Shown: positions 1 through 13,934 of the stretch, piece after piece
How positions within the stretch are numbered: position 1 is the stretch's first letter
How the letters are laid out: each line of letters opens with the position of its first letter
From: Paragordius varius
Lineage: Eukaryota > Animalia > Nematomorpha
Assembly (NCBI GenBank): GCA_964247055.1
Contig: OZ176053.1
Coordinates: 1,860,001 to 1,924,000, forward strand
Direction of reading: 5' to 3'
DNA length: 64,000 nt
Translations under genes and position numbers: made by a program
The notes under the pieces: generated by a model
Seen by the model: the letters and a program-made list of their open reading frames with translations, nothing else
Databases searched by the model: none
Told to the model about the DNA's origin: nothing

Positions 1-114
1 GCATCAGATTTACCTATCCAACATTTTATATTTTAAGACTTTTCGATCCAATAATATAGCTCTTATTGGTACTTTACATTCGAAAAATATAAGATTAAAA
101 ATTTAGTTTAAAAT

Positions 115-2585
115 TTACTGGGCTGTTGGTATGACTTGTGGTTGACCCCCGCATACATTGTACTCCTGGAGTCGAGATTTAATGTAATTTATCAAAGGGT
201 ATTTTCCCTCCCCACAATTAACTCCGGCATGATCGTCGAGAGCCAAACTCCATACCATAGCTCCACCCAAACAATTTTGAAATGTGTAATCAAGCTAGGC
301 ATACAGTTAAAAAAATGAATTTATTCAAAGTAAAAGACATTTTAAGAGAACCATATTATTAATATATTGTTTTTTTAATGTCGCTCATCAGCATTTTGGA
401 ATTAATGGGATATAAATTGTTCCACGCTATTCTATAACCTTAATGTAATTAAATATAGTTTATGTTGGAAAAAATAAGGTTTAAAAAAGTATGATTTGTC
501 ATTTATTTTACACGTTTTATCTGTATTTCAATTTTTATTGTAAATAAATTTTTTCATTACATATTTACGAAAAATTCTAAATTTATTTAAAAATTATATA
601 AAGCATACCTTGTGTTTTAAACTTTCCTTGTTATCGTAACCAAACCATTGGTCACCCTTAAAAGTGTATGGGACGCGTCCTTCATCATCCCATCGGGAGT
701 GATAACCTTCATTTTTAACCCGTTGACATAGCTAAAAAATAGGGATTTTACAAAATAAAGATATATCTACAAAAAATATACTAGTTCCTTTCATTGAACC
801 AGTTATACTCACCAAAAAACTTTAGTCAGCCAAAAAAGATAATATATAGATTAATTCATGGTGTTGCCAGATAGACTCAAAATAATTACGACAAAAAATT
901 TAATATATAATTCAATAATTTAGCAGGGCTGTCTAAAAAAGGTTTAAACGGTATACAATTTTAAATTACCTCGTAATATCCTAGGATACCATCTTCTTTA
1001 GTATATCTCCCGGGGCGAGCTGGCCCGCTTGCGGTTAAGTTTCTAAAGGCATTAGCTGGATTCGAAGCCAAGTCATCGGGTATAGCTTGATTAAGGGTAA
1101 AACCTCTCCCGTATGTTGGCATACCTACAATAATTTTGTTTTTATCCATTCCATGATCCAACCAATAGTCGATTGCCCATACCTATACATATTGTTATAA
1201 AAATAATTAATTATTCAACACTTTCGATACATGGTAGTTTTTTCAGCATTTTTTTAGGTTTTTTGTTTTATATCTTATTAAATATTTTTAATTTATACTT
1301 TAAATTTTAGTTTATATTTTAATTTTATTCCTACGTTTGACAAAGATTACTAGTAATAATTGAAAATTAACCCAATAAATTTATTAAATTTTAGCTGAAT
1401 TAAAATTGCAATAATAAAAGAAATAATATTGTTCAAATTTTAAAATGATTATATAATATAAAATTTTAAATTATTTAACTTAAAAAATTTACGCACCTTC
1501 CAATTTTATTTTTACCCAAAATCGTTCTCGTTGACCATACAAATTAAAAGATGTTTTTATGTAAAAGGGGATGTTTGTAAAATATATTTATGTAATATGT
1601 GATAATTATAATTATATGGCAAATTATGGCACTACCAAACTAAGGGTATCTACACTCGAATTGTAAGGTGCATTGAGCCCGGTGTTGGATTCCCAAGCGC
1701 CGTGGAAATCATAAGTAAGAAGATTGATAAAGTCCAAATATCTGGGAAAATAAAAATAAGTTACCCCAATGGTTATATTTAAAAAAGATGGGAAAATATG
1801 AATGTAAATTAGTAAAAATTTTAAAATAGTGACAAATAAAACAAAATAGCCTTTTTAAAATAATTTTTTTCCAGTTTTTAACCTAAAGTATTAAAAATGC
1901 TTTATACTTGTTTAATTCAGCTACATGATAACCACTATCAATTTTATCTTTCCCCGCTGAGACTGCTGCCGTCAATAGGAGTTTCTTTCCGGAGGCATCA
2001 AAAGCTTCACGAAGTTCCTAAAATTTAAATTAATAAGTACCAATTAATAATGTTTGTGGATTTATTAATTTTTCATACTGTATCAAGGATATAAATTTGA
2101 ATGCATATCATAAACAATATAATTCTCAAAAATTGTAGCTGTTTATCGTTACTAAACATAAATTTGAATATTATTTGGTAAAAATACCCTGTTAAAATAT
2201 ACGTAGATATATATAGGTATAAATATTAGATTGATAAAAATCAAGTCTACAGAGGTTAGAGAATAACTTATAATTTTAGCTCTAAAATAAAAATCATATA
2301 TTTTATGAAATTTTTACAGTAAGGTTTCATCTCTGAGAGAAACCCTTATATTTTTAAGGCAAAAAGTCAACCAAATACCAAAAATTACCTTAACAAACGT
2401 TAGAAAGTTATCTTTGTCAATAGGTCGACCACCTCTCTCCTCGTTACCCGGATATTCCCAATCCAAATCAAATCCGTCAAAATCAAATTCTCGTAACTGT
2501 CGCACTATATCATTTATCAGCGTCCTACGTTTTTGCGGATCTTCCGCCATAACGCTATAAAGTAAAAAATTAATTTTCTAATTTA

Positions 2586-2627
<42 letters not shown>

Positions 2628-4725
2628 AAAATGAAAAAAACATATACCATAATTTTTACAAAAAACTTAACCTATTTCGCCATTTTATAGTTATAGCGGT
2701 TATGACCGCTAACTAGATGGCTCATAGCGTATCTATTCTAGAGTAGTAACAATTGTATTTTAACAACATTAATCTAATAAAAGGTTGTAAATTTATTAAA
2801 ATTAGTTTAATTTACTAAAAAATAATATAAATTATATTAACCTGAAAGAGCGTCCTCCATGAGTCCATCCACCGATCGCCAAAAGCACCTTGAGATCAGG
2901 GTTCTGGTTACGCAGATTGACCAAGCCCCGATATTGTGCTAAAAAAATATAAGAATTTTTAGACATCATATCAAAAATCAAATATAGTAAAAAAATATAA
3001 CTCCTAAATCAATGATGTAATTGATATTAGGAAAATTCAAAAATATAAAGTTGCAATACATCGCTCAACTAAAAAATAAATATAGAATGAATACATTAAT
3101 TATTTCCATAATATATTGCAATTTTATATTTTTGGATTGTCCCCGTTACATTACATTGAAAATAAAAACTTAACTCGTCTGCTTAATGAATTTAGCTTTC
3201 AGCAATTAACGAATTCATCGATTATAGCTCTTAGTGTTAGAATAAAATAATATTTTGAGGCATTTGTGGATTAGTTAATAACAAAAAGAAGAGACATATT
3301 CGCAAAACAGGCCCGTTTAAAAAATCAAAAATATGAAATTATCTAGTGTAGGCATAAGGTATCCACTATTTCCAAAAACATGTTGATAACTTAGTGATAT
3401 TGATATTTCTTAACCGATATTCTAAAGTTTTTCAATTAAAATTGATGGAACAAATTGGTGAAATCACTAGTAGTTGTACATGCAATTATAGTATTATGTA
3501 TGATATCTAATAAAATATCTAATAAGGCGCCTATACTTTCCGCCAGATTTAGTGAGTCAAAAATACGGCCCCCCCTCCCTTTCAAAAAGGTGATGCTCCT
3601 AATTTAGTGCTATAAATAATATGTTTTATATAAAATATAATATGTCGCATACCATGGGCATTGTCCTCGTAAACGGTCATTGTCCAATCCCAATTTATTT
3701 TGCTGAACGCAAATATCAAATGAGTGCATAAGTGAGGATCAACCGAAGTCGTTTCAAATTTATTAGGCGGGTCTTTCCATTGATCCCAACCCGTGTAATA
3801 GCATACGAGTTTGGGTTTCCCGGCATATGTGGTAAGTCCAGTGGATGATCCAGTCAGGAGATTTGTTGGTGGCACAGTAGCTAACCCAAATTGCGTTATT
3901 AATTTATGGATTTCAGCGTCGAGTGTTGGTAAGATGGCTTTGATAGCGTTTTCGTAAACTGAAAAAAAACAATATGAATAAGCATACATTGCAAGGTTTT
4001 TCTGTCTGTTTAAAACCTTATCTCTTATTCCTATAATTTGTAATTGCAATTTTATTTTAATCATTTTCAATTTTAATTATCCCAAAATAACATATCCTTA
4101 AAGAGCATTATAATAATAATAATAATAATAAAAATAAAAAAAACTAAGGTAACTATTACCCTTTGTATAGGTGTACGTTAGTTGACAATAAATGAAAAAG
4201 ATGAAATGTATACTTATATTAACAATGTAATTAAACATTTTTAGACTTTTTAAGTTGTTAAGAAGTTTTAATTAATATTGAATTGGGAATATATTTATAA
4301 AAAAATATTTCTTGAAACTGTTTCTAAATATTCAATTAAACACAAAATAAGTTCCCATACAAAAATAATACAAATTTTAATGAAATTATTACTAATAATT
4401 TTGTCGAAAATTATTATAAAAAAATTATCTATGTAGAATAATGAAAAAAAAACTTAAAACCTTGTTTTAACTGAGGGGAATACGTAGAGGCCGGTATAAT
4501 TTTTTGCATTACATCAATAAGCACGGCTAAACTTCTCCTCAAACTTTCTATGCCTTCTTCATTAGTTTTAACATTCGTATTGGTTTGAAAATTTTGGGCT
4601 GCCCCAAAGGGTTGATAATAATTAACATATGAATTTGCATTTTGAGATGGTGCATTTATAATCGTCCCGTATATTGGAGGGACTGGCCAAAATAGTAACC
4701 CAAAAAATATTGGAAAAATATGCAT
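115..4725 (-). CDS. Secreted GH18 chitinase, multi-exon. Coding exons: 4725-4461, [ambiguous short exon near 4005-3988], ~3958-3653, 2938-2842, 2554-2389, 2017-1908, 1741-1636, 1182-970, 731-609, 294-115
   Basis: GT-AG junctions join in frame: KLVCYYTGW..CTHLIFAF / LKVLLAIGGW / FDGFDLDWEYP (intact DxxDxDxE) / YLDFINLLTYDFHGAWE / KIIVGMPTYGRGF / VPYTFKGDQWFGYDN / LGGAMVWSLALDD..KYPLINYI. Hydrophobic N-terminus. The 3' end is either TAA at 117-115 or a further splice at GTAAAT (118) leaving the window. Confidence 0.93.
2590..2623. repeat. (TA)n microsatellite in a chitinase intron; about a dozen similar runs occur in the window
   Basis: Direct reading of a perfect TA run. Confidence 0.95.
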
Positions 4726-6966
4726 TAATTCTCTACTGAAAAATCCAAGCTTTAGTTATGAATAACGGTTATTCCAAAATTTAAATATTAAAAAATGTTT
4801 TTCCGAATACTTTATTTATATGTTATTTTCCCGCGAATAAAATAGATATTTTATAAAAAAAAGTGGTTTTAAATTATCACATAAATGGTATAGAATTAAT
4901 TGTAAGGTGGTTGTTGGTTATATTAAGTGCTTTTATGTGCGTATTTCTGATACTATTTCTATATATAATTTGTATTATATCCTCGATTTCTTGTGTGAAT
5001 TTGATTAGTAAAGATAGGTAAAAATAATATATTAGTTTAATGAACCGATTTCAAAAAATACTACGATTTTTGAGAATAAATCAATCCAAAAAAATAAAAA
5101 ATTTATAATCCCTATATTTTACAAAACAAAAATTAAAATTGTGAGTATTTAATATTAAAATAATTTGTATCATTATAAATTATGTATTTTTGAGAGTGCC
5201 ATATGGATTTTAATTTTGATTATGTTATTATATATTAATTAAATCCAAATTAGGCTGCCATTTAAAGAATGTAAAAAAATAAATTAAGATGCAGCTTGAT
5301 ATATTAGAAGGACATAATCACTATGGTTATCTATATACTAAACTAAATAAATATAACAATAGTTAGTTAATTAATCATATATTCCCCCATTTTCATATAT
5401 ATTTTAAGATTGATTTTACTGAATTTTCATAGCTAATGAAAATATGTTTTCACCAAGATTTTTTTAATAAATTTAGACTAGAATTACTCACTTAACAAAA
5501 TACAAAATGGAAACACACCCATATATATCTAAATAAAATGTTAACATATTCATTTTTTACAAGTGGTACCCTTAAAACATATTTCAGGCCTTTTATGTCA
5601 AAACATAAATTTCTGACAATTTTTTTTGTTTTCTCCTCAAGCCAAATAAAAGACAAACAATGATTATTGGATATTTTACATTTTGTTTTATAGAGTAAAG
5701 TAGTTTTATAAAAAAATAAATACCTTTTTGTACACATTATTATCAAATTATATTATGGTGATTGGCAATTCAATAATATTACTATTGTAATAAAATAACG
5801 TTATTTATTTAATTCAAGTGCGATATTTGATACCTACCTATAGTAAGCCTTACAAGAAAAAAAGGTCATTTTAATTTGATGGCTGGCTTAGAAGCTTTAC
5901 TATTTTATATTAGTTTTACTGAAAGGTAGGTTAGGTATTTTTATTTATAAAAATTGTTTTTATCTATTAAAACCCTATGATGACTAGACAAATCCAGTTT
6001 TTTTATTGAAATTTTATAATTAAATAAAAATCGGCTTAACTTGACAATGATAAATATTTAAAAGTTACAAAAAACGACATTTATGATATTTGTATTCATA
6101 TCTACTTGACAGATATCACATGGCTATAACATTTTTTTGAAATACTAATAAATAATTATTTTATTTATCTTTGATACTTTATTTTTGGTTAACATATATT
6201 TTACAACAGTTATACACTTTATGCGGTGAATAATTTGTCTTAAACATTTATTTTACCGATATGTGTTAAATTAAAAATAACGTATAAAAATTGAGCTATT
6301 ATTTTGTACTTATGTATTTTATCATTTAAACGTTGTATTAGTGGTTGTAAAGCATAAATCATTCGATCGATATTTTAGCTTTTAATACATGCAAATAGTA
6401 GCCTATCAGGGATTTTTAAATGGGGAATATTTTCAACATATATTCCTCATTTTATCTTTTCTATATTTGTTGTGTAATAGCGATATATAATTTAAAGAAT
6501 TAATATAAAGCATTGTTTCAGAAATATATATGTGACAAATTTAGTGTCGAAGAATAAAATACTTTTGTATTATTGGAGAGAGTAATTTAATTTTTCACAG
6601 TCATGAAAAATAGGGATCTCGTTACATTGAGGAATTTACACTTTTAAAAAAGATTTTAAGCAGTCAGCTAATTTTAAAGAGTTTTTATTATAAAATTAAT
6701 ATTTATGAAAAAATAACTAAATCTTTCAAGAGCGTTTAATAAAATTTTATATAATTGAATAACTTACACAAATATTGAATATCAGGTGAAGAAGCCATTT
6801 AACTATAAAAGACCCCAATGAAAATTAATCACAAGATTAATTTGATATACACCCTATTTTGTTTAACTGGCATTTGAAAATAAACAAAACAAGTTGAATT
6901 TGCCAAAAACTAGCGTATTATTTTTATCTCTCGTTAATTATGTCAAATTTTGATTTGAAATGAACA

Positions 6967-7710
6967 TTGCGGCACTCATTGCTTTTCTTATATAAAAAAA
7001 GGAGGTTTGTTTTGATATTAAAGTTAAAGAGAGTGGGTTCTTCGGTAGAGCACCCAACGAATAGGATCCATTGCGAGAGTTATTGGATGATGCTTTATAT
7101 ATACTCAAAACTGAAATTGGCAAACACACATACGCATCACAAAAGACAATCAGAAGATGTATACGAGCAGTGAGAAAGATTTATCCCGGTAATTCTAAAT
7201 ATGAACTCAAATTAAATTCGGAAATTAACTTTGAATCCTGCTACAACTTTACGAAAAGGAATAATTTTTGCAGCGGAAAAAACGTGTTCTCCTTAGAGGC
7301 CAAGGCCAAATCGCATAGGGAATAAAACTAAGCTCCTTTGGTGATCTTATGATTAAGCCATTGAAGGGTTAATACACAACACTATCGTCAACTAATAATT
7401 AATTTTAACAATGGATTAGTTGAAAGGAAATGCTTTGTTTACAGCAAAAAAAACCAGTTAAATGCATTTTAAAGCCGCTCCAATTGGAAAATCTTTCGAT
7501 GCGCTGTACTGTCCGGACTAGGCGCCATATTACTAAACATCTTCGAAGCGACGGGGCAAACCTTTGCAAAACAATACTTCAGTAGTTTTAAAGATGTTTA
7601 AAAATAGCTCGAATGGTTTACCGCAAAAGACAATTAGTTTTTCTGGCACGTCATTCATAAAGTGCCTGAGAGATGGGGGAAATGTGGAACAATATTTTTA
7701 ATGAAATAAT
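6967..7710 (+). pseudogene. Degenerate mariner (Mos1-like, Tc1/mariner) transposase
   Basis: Frameshifted pieces resemble Mos1 motifs: ELRELLDD..SQKTIRRCIR, VNTQHYRQLIINFNNGL (cf. VNTARYQQQLINLNRAL), YCPD*AP (cf. YSPDLAP), FWHVIHKVPERWGKC (cf. YWRGIHKLPERWEKC). No TIRs confidently found. Confidence 0.75.
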
Positions 7711-10700
7711 AGATTTATTTTCAAACATGTATTTTTATAAAATAATCCTAATTACGTATATGGTGTAGAAAGTTTTCCTAAATGTTACTTTAAAGTCGTG
7801 TTATTTTGATGGTAAGATTTTAAATAGAGTGATGCCCTAACAATAAAATATTTAACAAAGCGATTAACGAAAATGTTCGCCTTAATGAAATACTTAAACC
7901 ATTATTCAATCCATATGGTTTCTTGGGTTCCCCAAAAATTTATTTTAAACTCACGGTATTTTTATATGGTGGCGCATTTTAGAGAGGGTAGGCCCTGAGC
8001 ATCTTATTTAAAAAAAGGGCTTAAACAGCTATATTTTATACTATTACTTTTATAGCTTAAAAGCAAAAGTTAAAACTTTTTCTGTATGTTTGAATTAATA
8101 AAGAAACATTGAAATACCAAAAAAGTTTAATTATCTTAAAATACAGCCGTTGTGGTTTGCTATATTTAAATGATTCAAAATCATTTGATTAGATCCGAAT
8201 GAGATTTTAATCAAATTAAATAACGAAAATTTATTATTGTGATTTTCTATATGGTGTAAATTTTTATATAAAGACAAAACACATGAAAGCATGTTAGTCG
8301 CATATACACATGGACGATTTTTTTTATTTATGCTTATTATAATATGTAAGTAGTATTGTGGTTTTTATTCGTAAATATATGCATTTAACTTATCTCTCAA
8401 ACAGAAAATTGATTATTAGTTAATTTAAAAACTAAATATTGACATTCTAATTTATTTAACACCACAAGATATATTGGATACCTTAAAATGTTTGAAGGGG
8501 TTTATAGAATTAAAAATTTAATAAATTTACAAAAGGTTTAGGTTATTTCTATCTGGATAATTTTAGTTCAGTTGATATTTTTAAAATCCCAATTTAAATT
8601 TATCTTGTATGTAATAACTAAAAAGTTTTATATCAAACTATTATTAGGCCATTTATTTTAAAAAACATTTTTGCAAAATATCATACCGCTAAAATTATAA
8701 AGCTAATTATTGCAATTATAATTTAGCTAAAATTATATAAATTTATTTGGTGAATTTTCGACTACTAAATCTTTGTAAAGGTAAAAAATTAAAAATTAAT
8801 AAAGTAAAAAATTTTAATGAGATAGTAAACGATCACATAACATTGATATAAACAAAAAAGGGGTTTATGCAGTATATTTATGTTTAGCTCAACATGTCAT
8901 AATTAATTTACCTGAGGTTTATCCACAAATTAAGTATCATGATTTTTAAATGAATATTTTTTTATATTTCGATGTATCAATCTTATAAGTGCAAACACTT
9001 TTCTTATGTTGCATATTTTTAAAAATATTTGATTTTAGGTCCCGAAAGACCCCAAGAATCGAAATGAATTTGTTGTATTTCAAGTGATAACACGTTAAAA
9101 TTTAGCAAAATATCAGCAAAAGTTTTTCCAAATTTTTTTTAACTTTTTTAATGTTGTTTCAAATGTTTTAATTTTATAACACTTGAAAAAACTTAACTCT
9201 ACAGTCCTACCATATTGGGTGTTGCGGTTTCAGTCCTGATAAAAATGAAATACTTTATTTTAAAAGTTTATACTTATATATATTGATGGATAATAAAAAA
9301 ATATTCATTCAAAATGACTTGATAGTTCTTATGGATAATTTTCAATGGAAAATTTATACAACATAACAGGTGTGCATCAGTAAGTTCAAAAACAATGATC
9401 TGAGTATAATAATATTATGTGATTGTTTGAAAAATTACCTTAATTATAGCGAAGATTATAAAAACATGATATTTTGCTAAAATGTTGTAAAATAATAATG
9501 GTGTCGATATAATTTGTTATAAATTTCAAAATTAAATTTATTTTACAGCTTATATTTTAATTAAGATGATAGAAACATAAAAACTGGGACCGTCCTTTTA
9601 AATAGTTTTATAAATAACAATTTAATAGTTGGCCTGTGGTATTTATTACCCTAATTTGTAACGATGTGTTTATAATATAAACAAATTAATTTTAACCATT
9701 TTGTATTAGAGCTAAAAATTGATAACCAAAATTTTTAAAATAGCTTTTTATATTTTATGGTCTTTCGCTAAATTTTTCTGGCGCTTCAAAATATTTTGAA
9801 CACAAAATCCCAATATCGTTCTATTTAGATTGAGTCGCAAAAAACGCAGAGAGTGTATCCAATATGCACAAATATATGATACTTTTGTTTGACATACTAT
9901 TATTTTAAACAGTGCACACAAAAATATATTTTATTATAATATATATTTTATAGAATACTGTATCAGAATTCTCATGGTATTTTGGTTTGGGGTTTACGAG
10001 AAAATCGCATAATTTGCCTAAAAACTATTTGTAAAAAGCTAAAGTTTTATTCCATAAAAACATTTAAATATATCATAAAGCACATTTTAAAAAGCAAAAC
10101 AACTTTAAGATGATTTGCTCCGAGAGTCACAAAATTTTGACCCTCCAAAATGCGCTATTTTTCTAGAAAGCTAAAATGCCGAGATTGGACAAAATATATT
10201 TTTAATATATGCTATATTTGAAAAACAATTTTTTTATAAATAAATTAAAATTTTAATTTTAAAATTTTGTTAAAGAGCATTATGGTGTTTTTAAGCACTA
10301 TGGAAACGGTTTGATAATGATTTATGGTTACACTCTGTCCATAATCGGTGACTTTACTCCCAGTAAAAATACCCCTGTATCAAAAGATTCGTTTTTAGTT
10401 AACATACCATCCTTTGAATGCGATGTAAGATAACATATATATATAGTTTATATATATATATATATATTTGTATCTGTTAGGATCAAATAAAGGTAGTAAA
10501 AATCTATGATAAACGTAGATATCCATATATTCACATATAAATTATATGCAAGATTTATTCACTTCTAACATTATCATCTATGTTAGCATTACTCTCAATA
10601 TTTATTGTTTCCCCAAGTAAGAGTCGGTCTGTTCATTTTTATGCATGCATATATATGCTGGAGCTCGTTCGATCTGTGCCAAATACCGAGTCTATTTTAG

Positions 10701-10799
10701 TAGATTTTTTATGTGTTTGTTTTGAAATATAAAATATATATTGTACGGTGCATTAGATTAGCATATCCGAATATCTAAATTATAAATTTATTTCATTTA

Positions 10800-11350
10800 C
10801 TAGGCTCTCTTTAAATCTTTGCTTGTTGTTGTTGACAGCTTGTAGTCGATTAACGACCGTTAGCGATTTTTAGGAAAACCTCCTCCCCTCGGTTCTGTCA
10901 TGGGGTTTCCAAATATTTGCATGGATATTTTGGAGATTGATAAAATTTTGTTTAACGAAGAGGTCTTCGGCTTCTCTTCCTCTCTTGTCATTTACTTCTA
11001 ATATTATATTTTTATCCAAAGAATATCTTTGAGTTATGTGTCTAATGTTTGGTTATTTTACTACATAGCGTTGTTTGTATGTTATTTTGTTTGCAACGAT
11101 GTTCTTAAATTTGACCTTTCATGTCAAACCAATTATTTTCCTCCAGCAGAATATTTCAAAGCTTTTATTCTTTTCCTTTTTAATAGTCCAGCTCCCAGCC
11201 ATATATAGGGAATATTAGGGTGTTATCAATCGAATCATTATTTGTTTTGCTGCTTTTACGCAGAGTTAGTGCCATATGCTCAACTTTCTCCAACTTTTGT
11301 TAATTATTAGAACAATATCATCAGCATATATGAGATCCAAACATTGGTTT
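10800..11350 (-). mobile_element. Decayed 3' fragment of an RTE-like LINE
   Basis: Minus strand gives DLIYADDIVLI (RT YADD motif), a TY..GSWTIKK-like motif and PRGGGFPKNR near the end; many stops. Confidence 0.6.
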
Positions 11351-12412
11351 TATTTTATGATATTTGACATTCAAATTTTGGTAAATTTTTTATAAAAACA
11401 CTTAATATTTGACAAATTTTAAATACAACGAATTTTTTAATTAAATTTCTATAGAAATATTTAGCATTCTTTAATCATATATAAATATGGTTTTTATAAT
11501 ATCGAAAAGCTTTTTTATATCGTTTTTATGATAATTAAAAAAGGATGAAGTAGGCATCAACATAATTCTAAAAATAAATTTTGGAAAAATAAATATTTTT
11601 AAATAAAAATTTTTCTGTCCAAAATATATTTAAAAAATTTATTGTGCAATTCGGGAATTAATTTGTTTATTTTAAAAGAACTAGCCCGTTTTAGAAGGGC
11701 AAGATGTGTTCGGAACCCATATCTCATAATTATAATATTATGAAAATATACTTTTTAAAAGCAGTTTATAATATATTTTAGTATTTTTTTTGGAATGAAG
11801 CATATAGTTTTAAAAATATTTATTACAAAAAATATGTTTAATATTTTCTGATATAGAGTGTTTAGTACAGAAGTGTACTTTTTATATCACTCCTAAGCCC
11901 CAAAACCAGAAGCATCATCAACCTGATAAATTTTTAACAGAAATATATATATTTTACCATGATATTGCGCACATTGTGTTATGGAAAAAACTATGGAAAG
12001 AATATTTTAAATTTGGCATAATAGCTTTAATACTTTTTAAGATAGTTAAATTTTTAATCGCTTTGGGAACCGCCCAAAAAAGTTTGGAAGTATTGATAAT
12101 AGGTGCACTAATTTTGCCATTTTCTGATGTGGAGCAGTTACGAAATAAATAATAAATTTAAAAAATCACTCTTAAAGACTAAAATCAAATGCACCACTAT
12201 ATTCCTATTAGTATTTCATCAGTACCGAAAATATTTCATATGTGACATATTATCTGATATTTATACTTAAATCAATGCTTTAAAAAATAAAAATTAATTT
12301 AGGGCCATAAAAACTACTTTTACGGCAGCATGTGGTTCGTGAAGGCGGTTTGGTATAAGCCCTGGACATTTAATTTATCAACGTTAACCTTTTATAACCA
12401 GGTTTCACATGC

Positions 12413-13060
12413 ATGGCTTTTAAATCATCGGGAAAATCTACATCAAGCACAAATGCCCCTTCCACTTTACCTACCCAAGGTATAGGTAATCTTCTAAATG
12501 AGGGTTCTTCGACACACAAAAAAACTAATTCTGATTTATTTATATTGACATATGGTGCATTTGTGGCGCAATTGATTCGAGATTATGATGGTAATGATGA
12601 TGAGATCAATAAGCAACTGGATAAGATTGGTTACAATATGGGAATACGATTGGTAGACGATTTAATTGCTCGTTCTTACAGTACTCCCAATCCAATAGTT
12701 AATAAATGCGTTGATCTGAAAGAAACGGCCGATATGATTGCCAAATTAGGATTTAAAACCTATCTCAATATAGTTCCTACAGTGAGCAATTGGTCAGTTA
12801 ATAAGAATGGTCATTCTGAGTTTTCACTCCTTTTTGAATATAATCCCTTAATTGAATACGTTGACATACCTGAAGGAACGCATCCTAAATTAATATATTC
12901 CAACATTTTATGTGGACTTATTCGAGGTGCCCTTGAAATGGTTCAAATTGAAACGGCTGTACACTTTATTCAAGATACATTAAGGGGTCATTCCACTAAT
13001 GAAATCCGGGTGAAATTTTTAAGAAAGTCAGAAGATTTTGTCCCGAAAGCCGAAGATTAA
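12413..13060 (+). CDS. TRAPPC3: TRAPP complex subunit BET3/TRAPPC3, intronless, 215 aa
   Basis: SDLFILTYGAFVAQLIRDY..INKQLDKIGYNMGIRLVDDLIARS, the conserved acylated Cys (KCVDLKETA), and YSNILCGLIRGALEMVQ..NEIRVKF all match BET3. AATAAA at 13116. Confidence 0.96.
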   Translation: MAFKSSGKSTSSTNAPSTLPTQGIGNLLNEGSSTHKKTNSDLFILTYGAFVAQLIRDYDGNDDEINKQLDKIGYNMGIRLVDDLIARSYSTPNPIVNKCVDLKETADMIAKLGFKTYLNIVPTVSNWSVNKNGHSEFSLLFEYNPLIEYVDIPEGTHPKLIYSNILCGLIRGALEMVQIETAVHFIQDTLRGHSTNEIRVKFLRKSEDFVPKAED

Positions 13061-13279
13061 TATTAAAATTAATTATGGTCGTTTAATTGTTTAATTTCTA
13101 TATTTATTATTGTTTAATAAATTAAATATATGTATTAAAATTATTTGTAAAAATATTAAATAATATATATTTCCCAAAACGGTTATAGTATTAATTTCGC
13201 AAATTTATACGAAATTAGATAAATTTTTCTAACTCAGAGGTCTCCAATTCGCGGGCCTCTTTGATAATTTTTTTAATTT

Positions 13280-13500
13280 ACCATTTACACCGAATTCACC
13301 CCTAAACAATTCAAAATTACCCTTGAACAATTCAAATTCACCCTCGAACAATTTAAATTCAGTCTCTTATATATATTGTGTTTTTAAAGGTTATTACCTA
13401 TATTTTTATATATTTGTAAATAAAATGATACTGAAAAAATAAAAAACTAAGCCATAAAGATTTAATATTAATAATAAGTTATATTAGTCCAAAAACATAT
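13280..13500. mobile_element. Partial TACCATTT-type MITE, family W (21-bp unit CAATTCAAATTCACCCTTGAA)
   Basis: TACCATTTAC followed by three 21-bp units; same family as 25335-25619. Confidence 0.65.
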
Positions 13501-13934
13501 AATTTATTTTTAGGCTGAATTTGATACTTTTTGTTTCAACATATTTATTTAAGGCTCAATATTAAATGATATATCCTCTAAATAATCGTAAATTTGTCTA
13601 AATCCAATTTTTTATTTTTTTTAAACCTTTTTAAAAGACTTTAACACCCCTGATCTATTAAAATCTTTAAGTTACCATTAAAAGAATTATTTTTCAACTG
13701 TATATCGAATCTTATCGGATCTAGTATTAATACGAAATATTTCATTTGGTCAATGACTACATCCAACCAACATAAAATACAAATATATATATATATGGTA
13801 AATAATTTTATTATTTAGATTTTACAAAATCATTAATTATATATTTTTGCATGAAAATCAACTTTTGTATCACATCATCATTCAAAAACATAAAATTTTA
13901 ATTGACTATGAAAGAATTTATTTTGAAATTATTA

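Noticed and set aside
361-440. NLYPINSKML as the final chitinase exon
   Set aside because: No phase-compatible acceptor; the true exon with GGAMVWSL is at 294-115.
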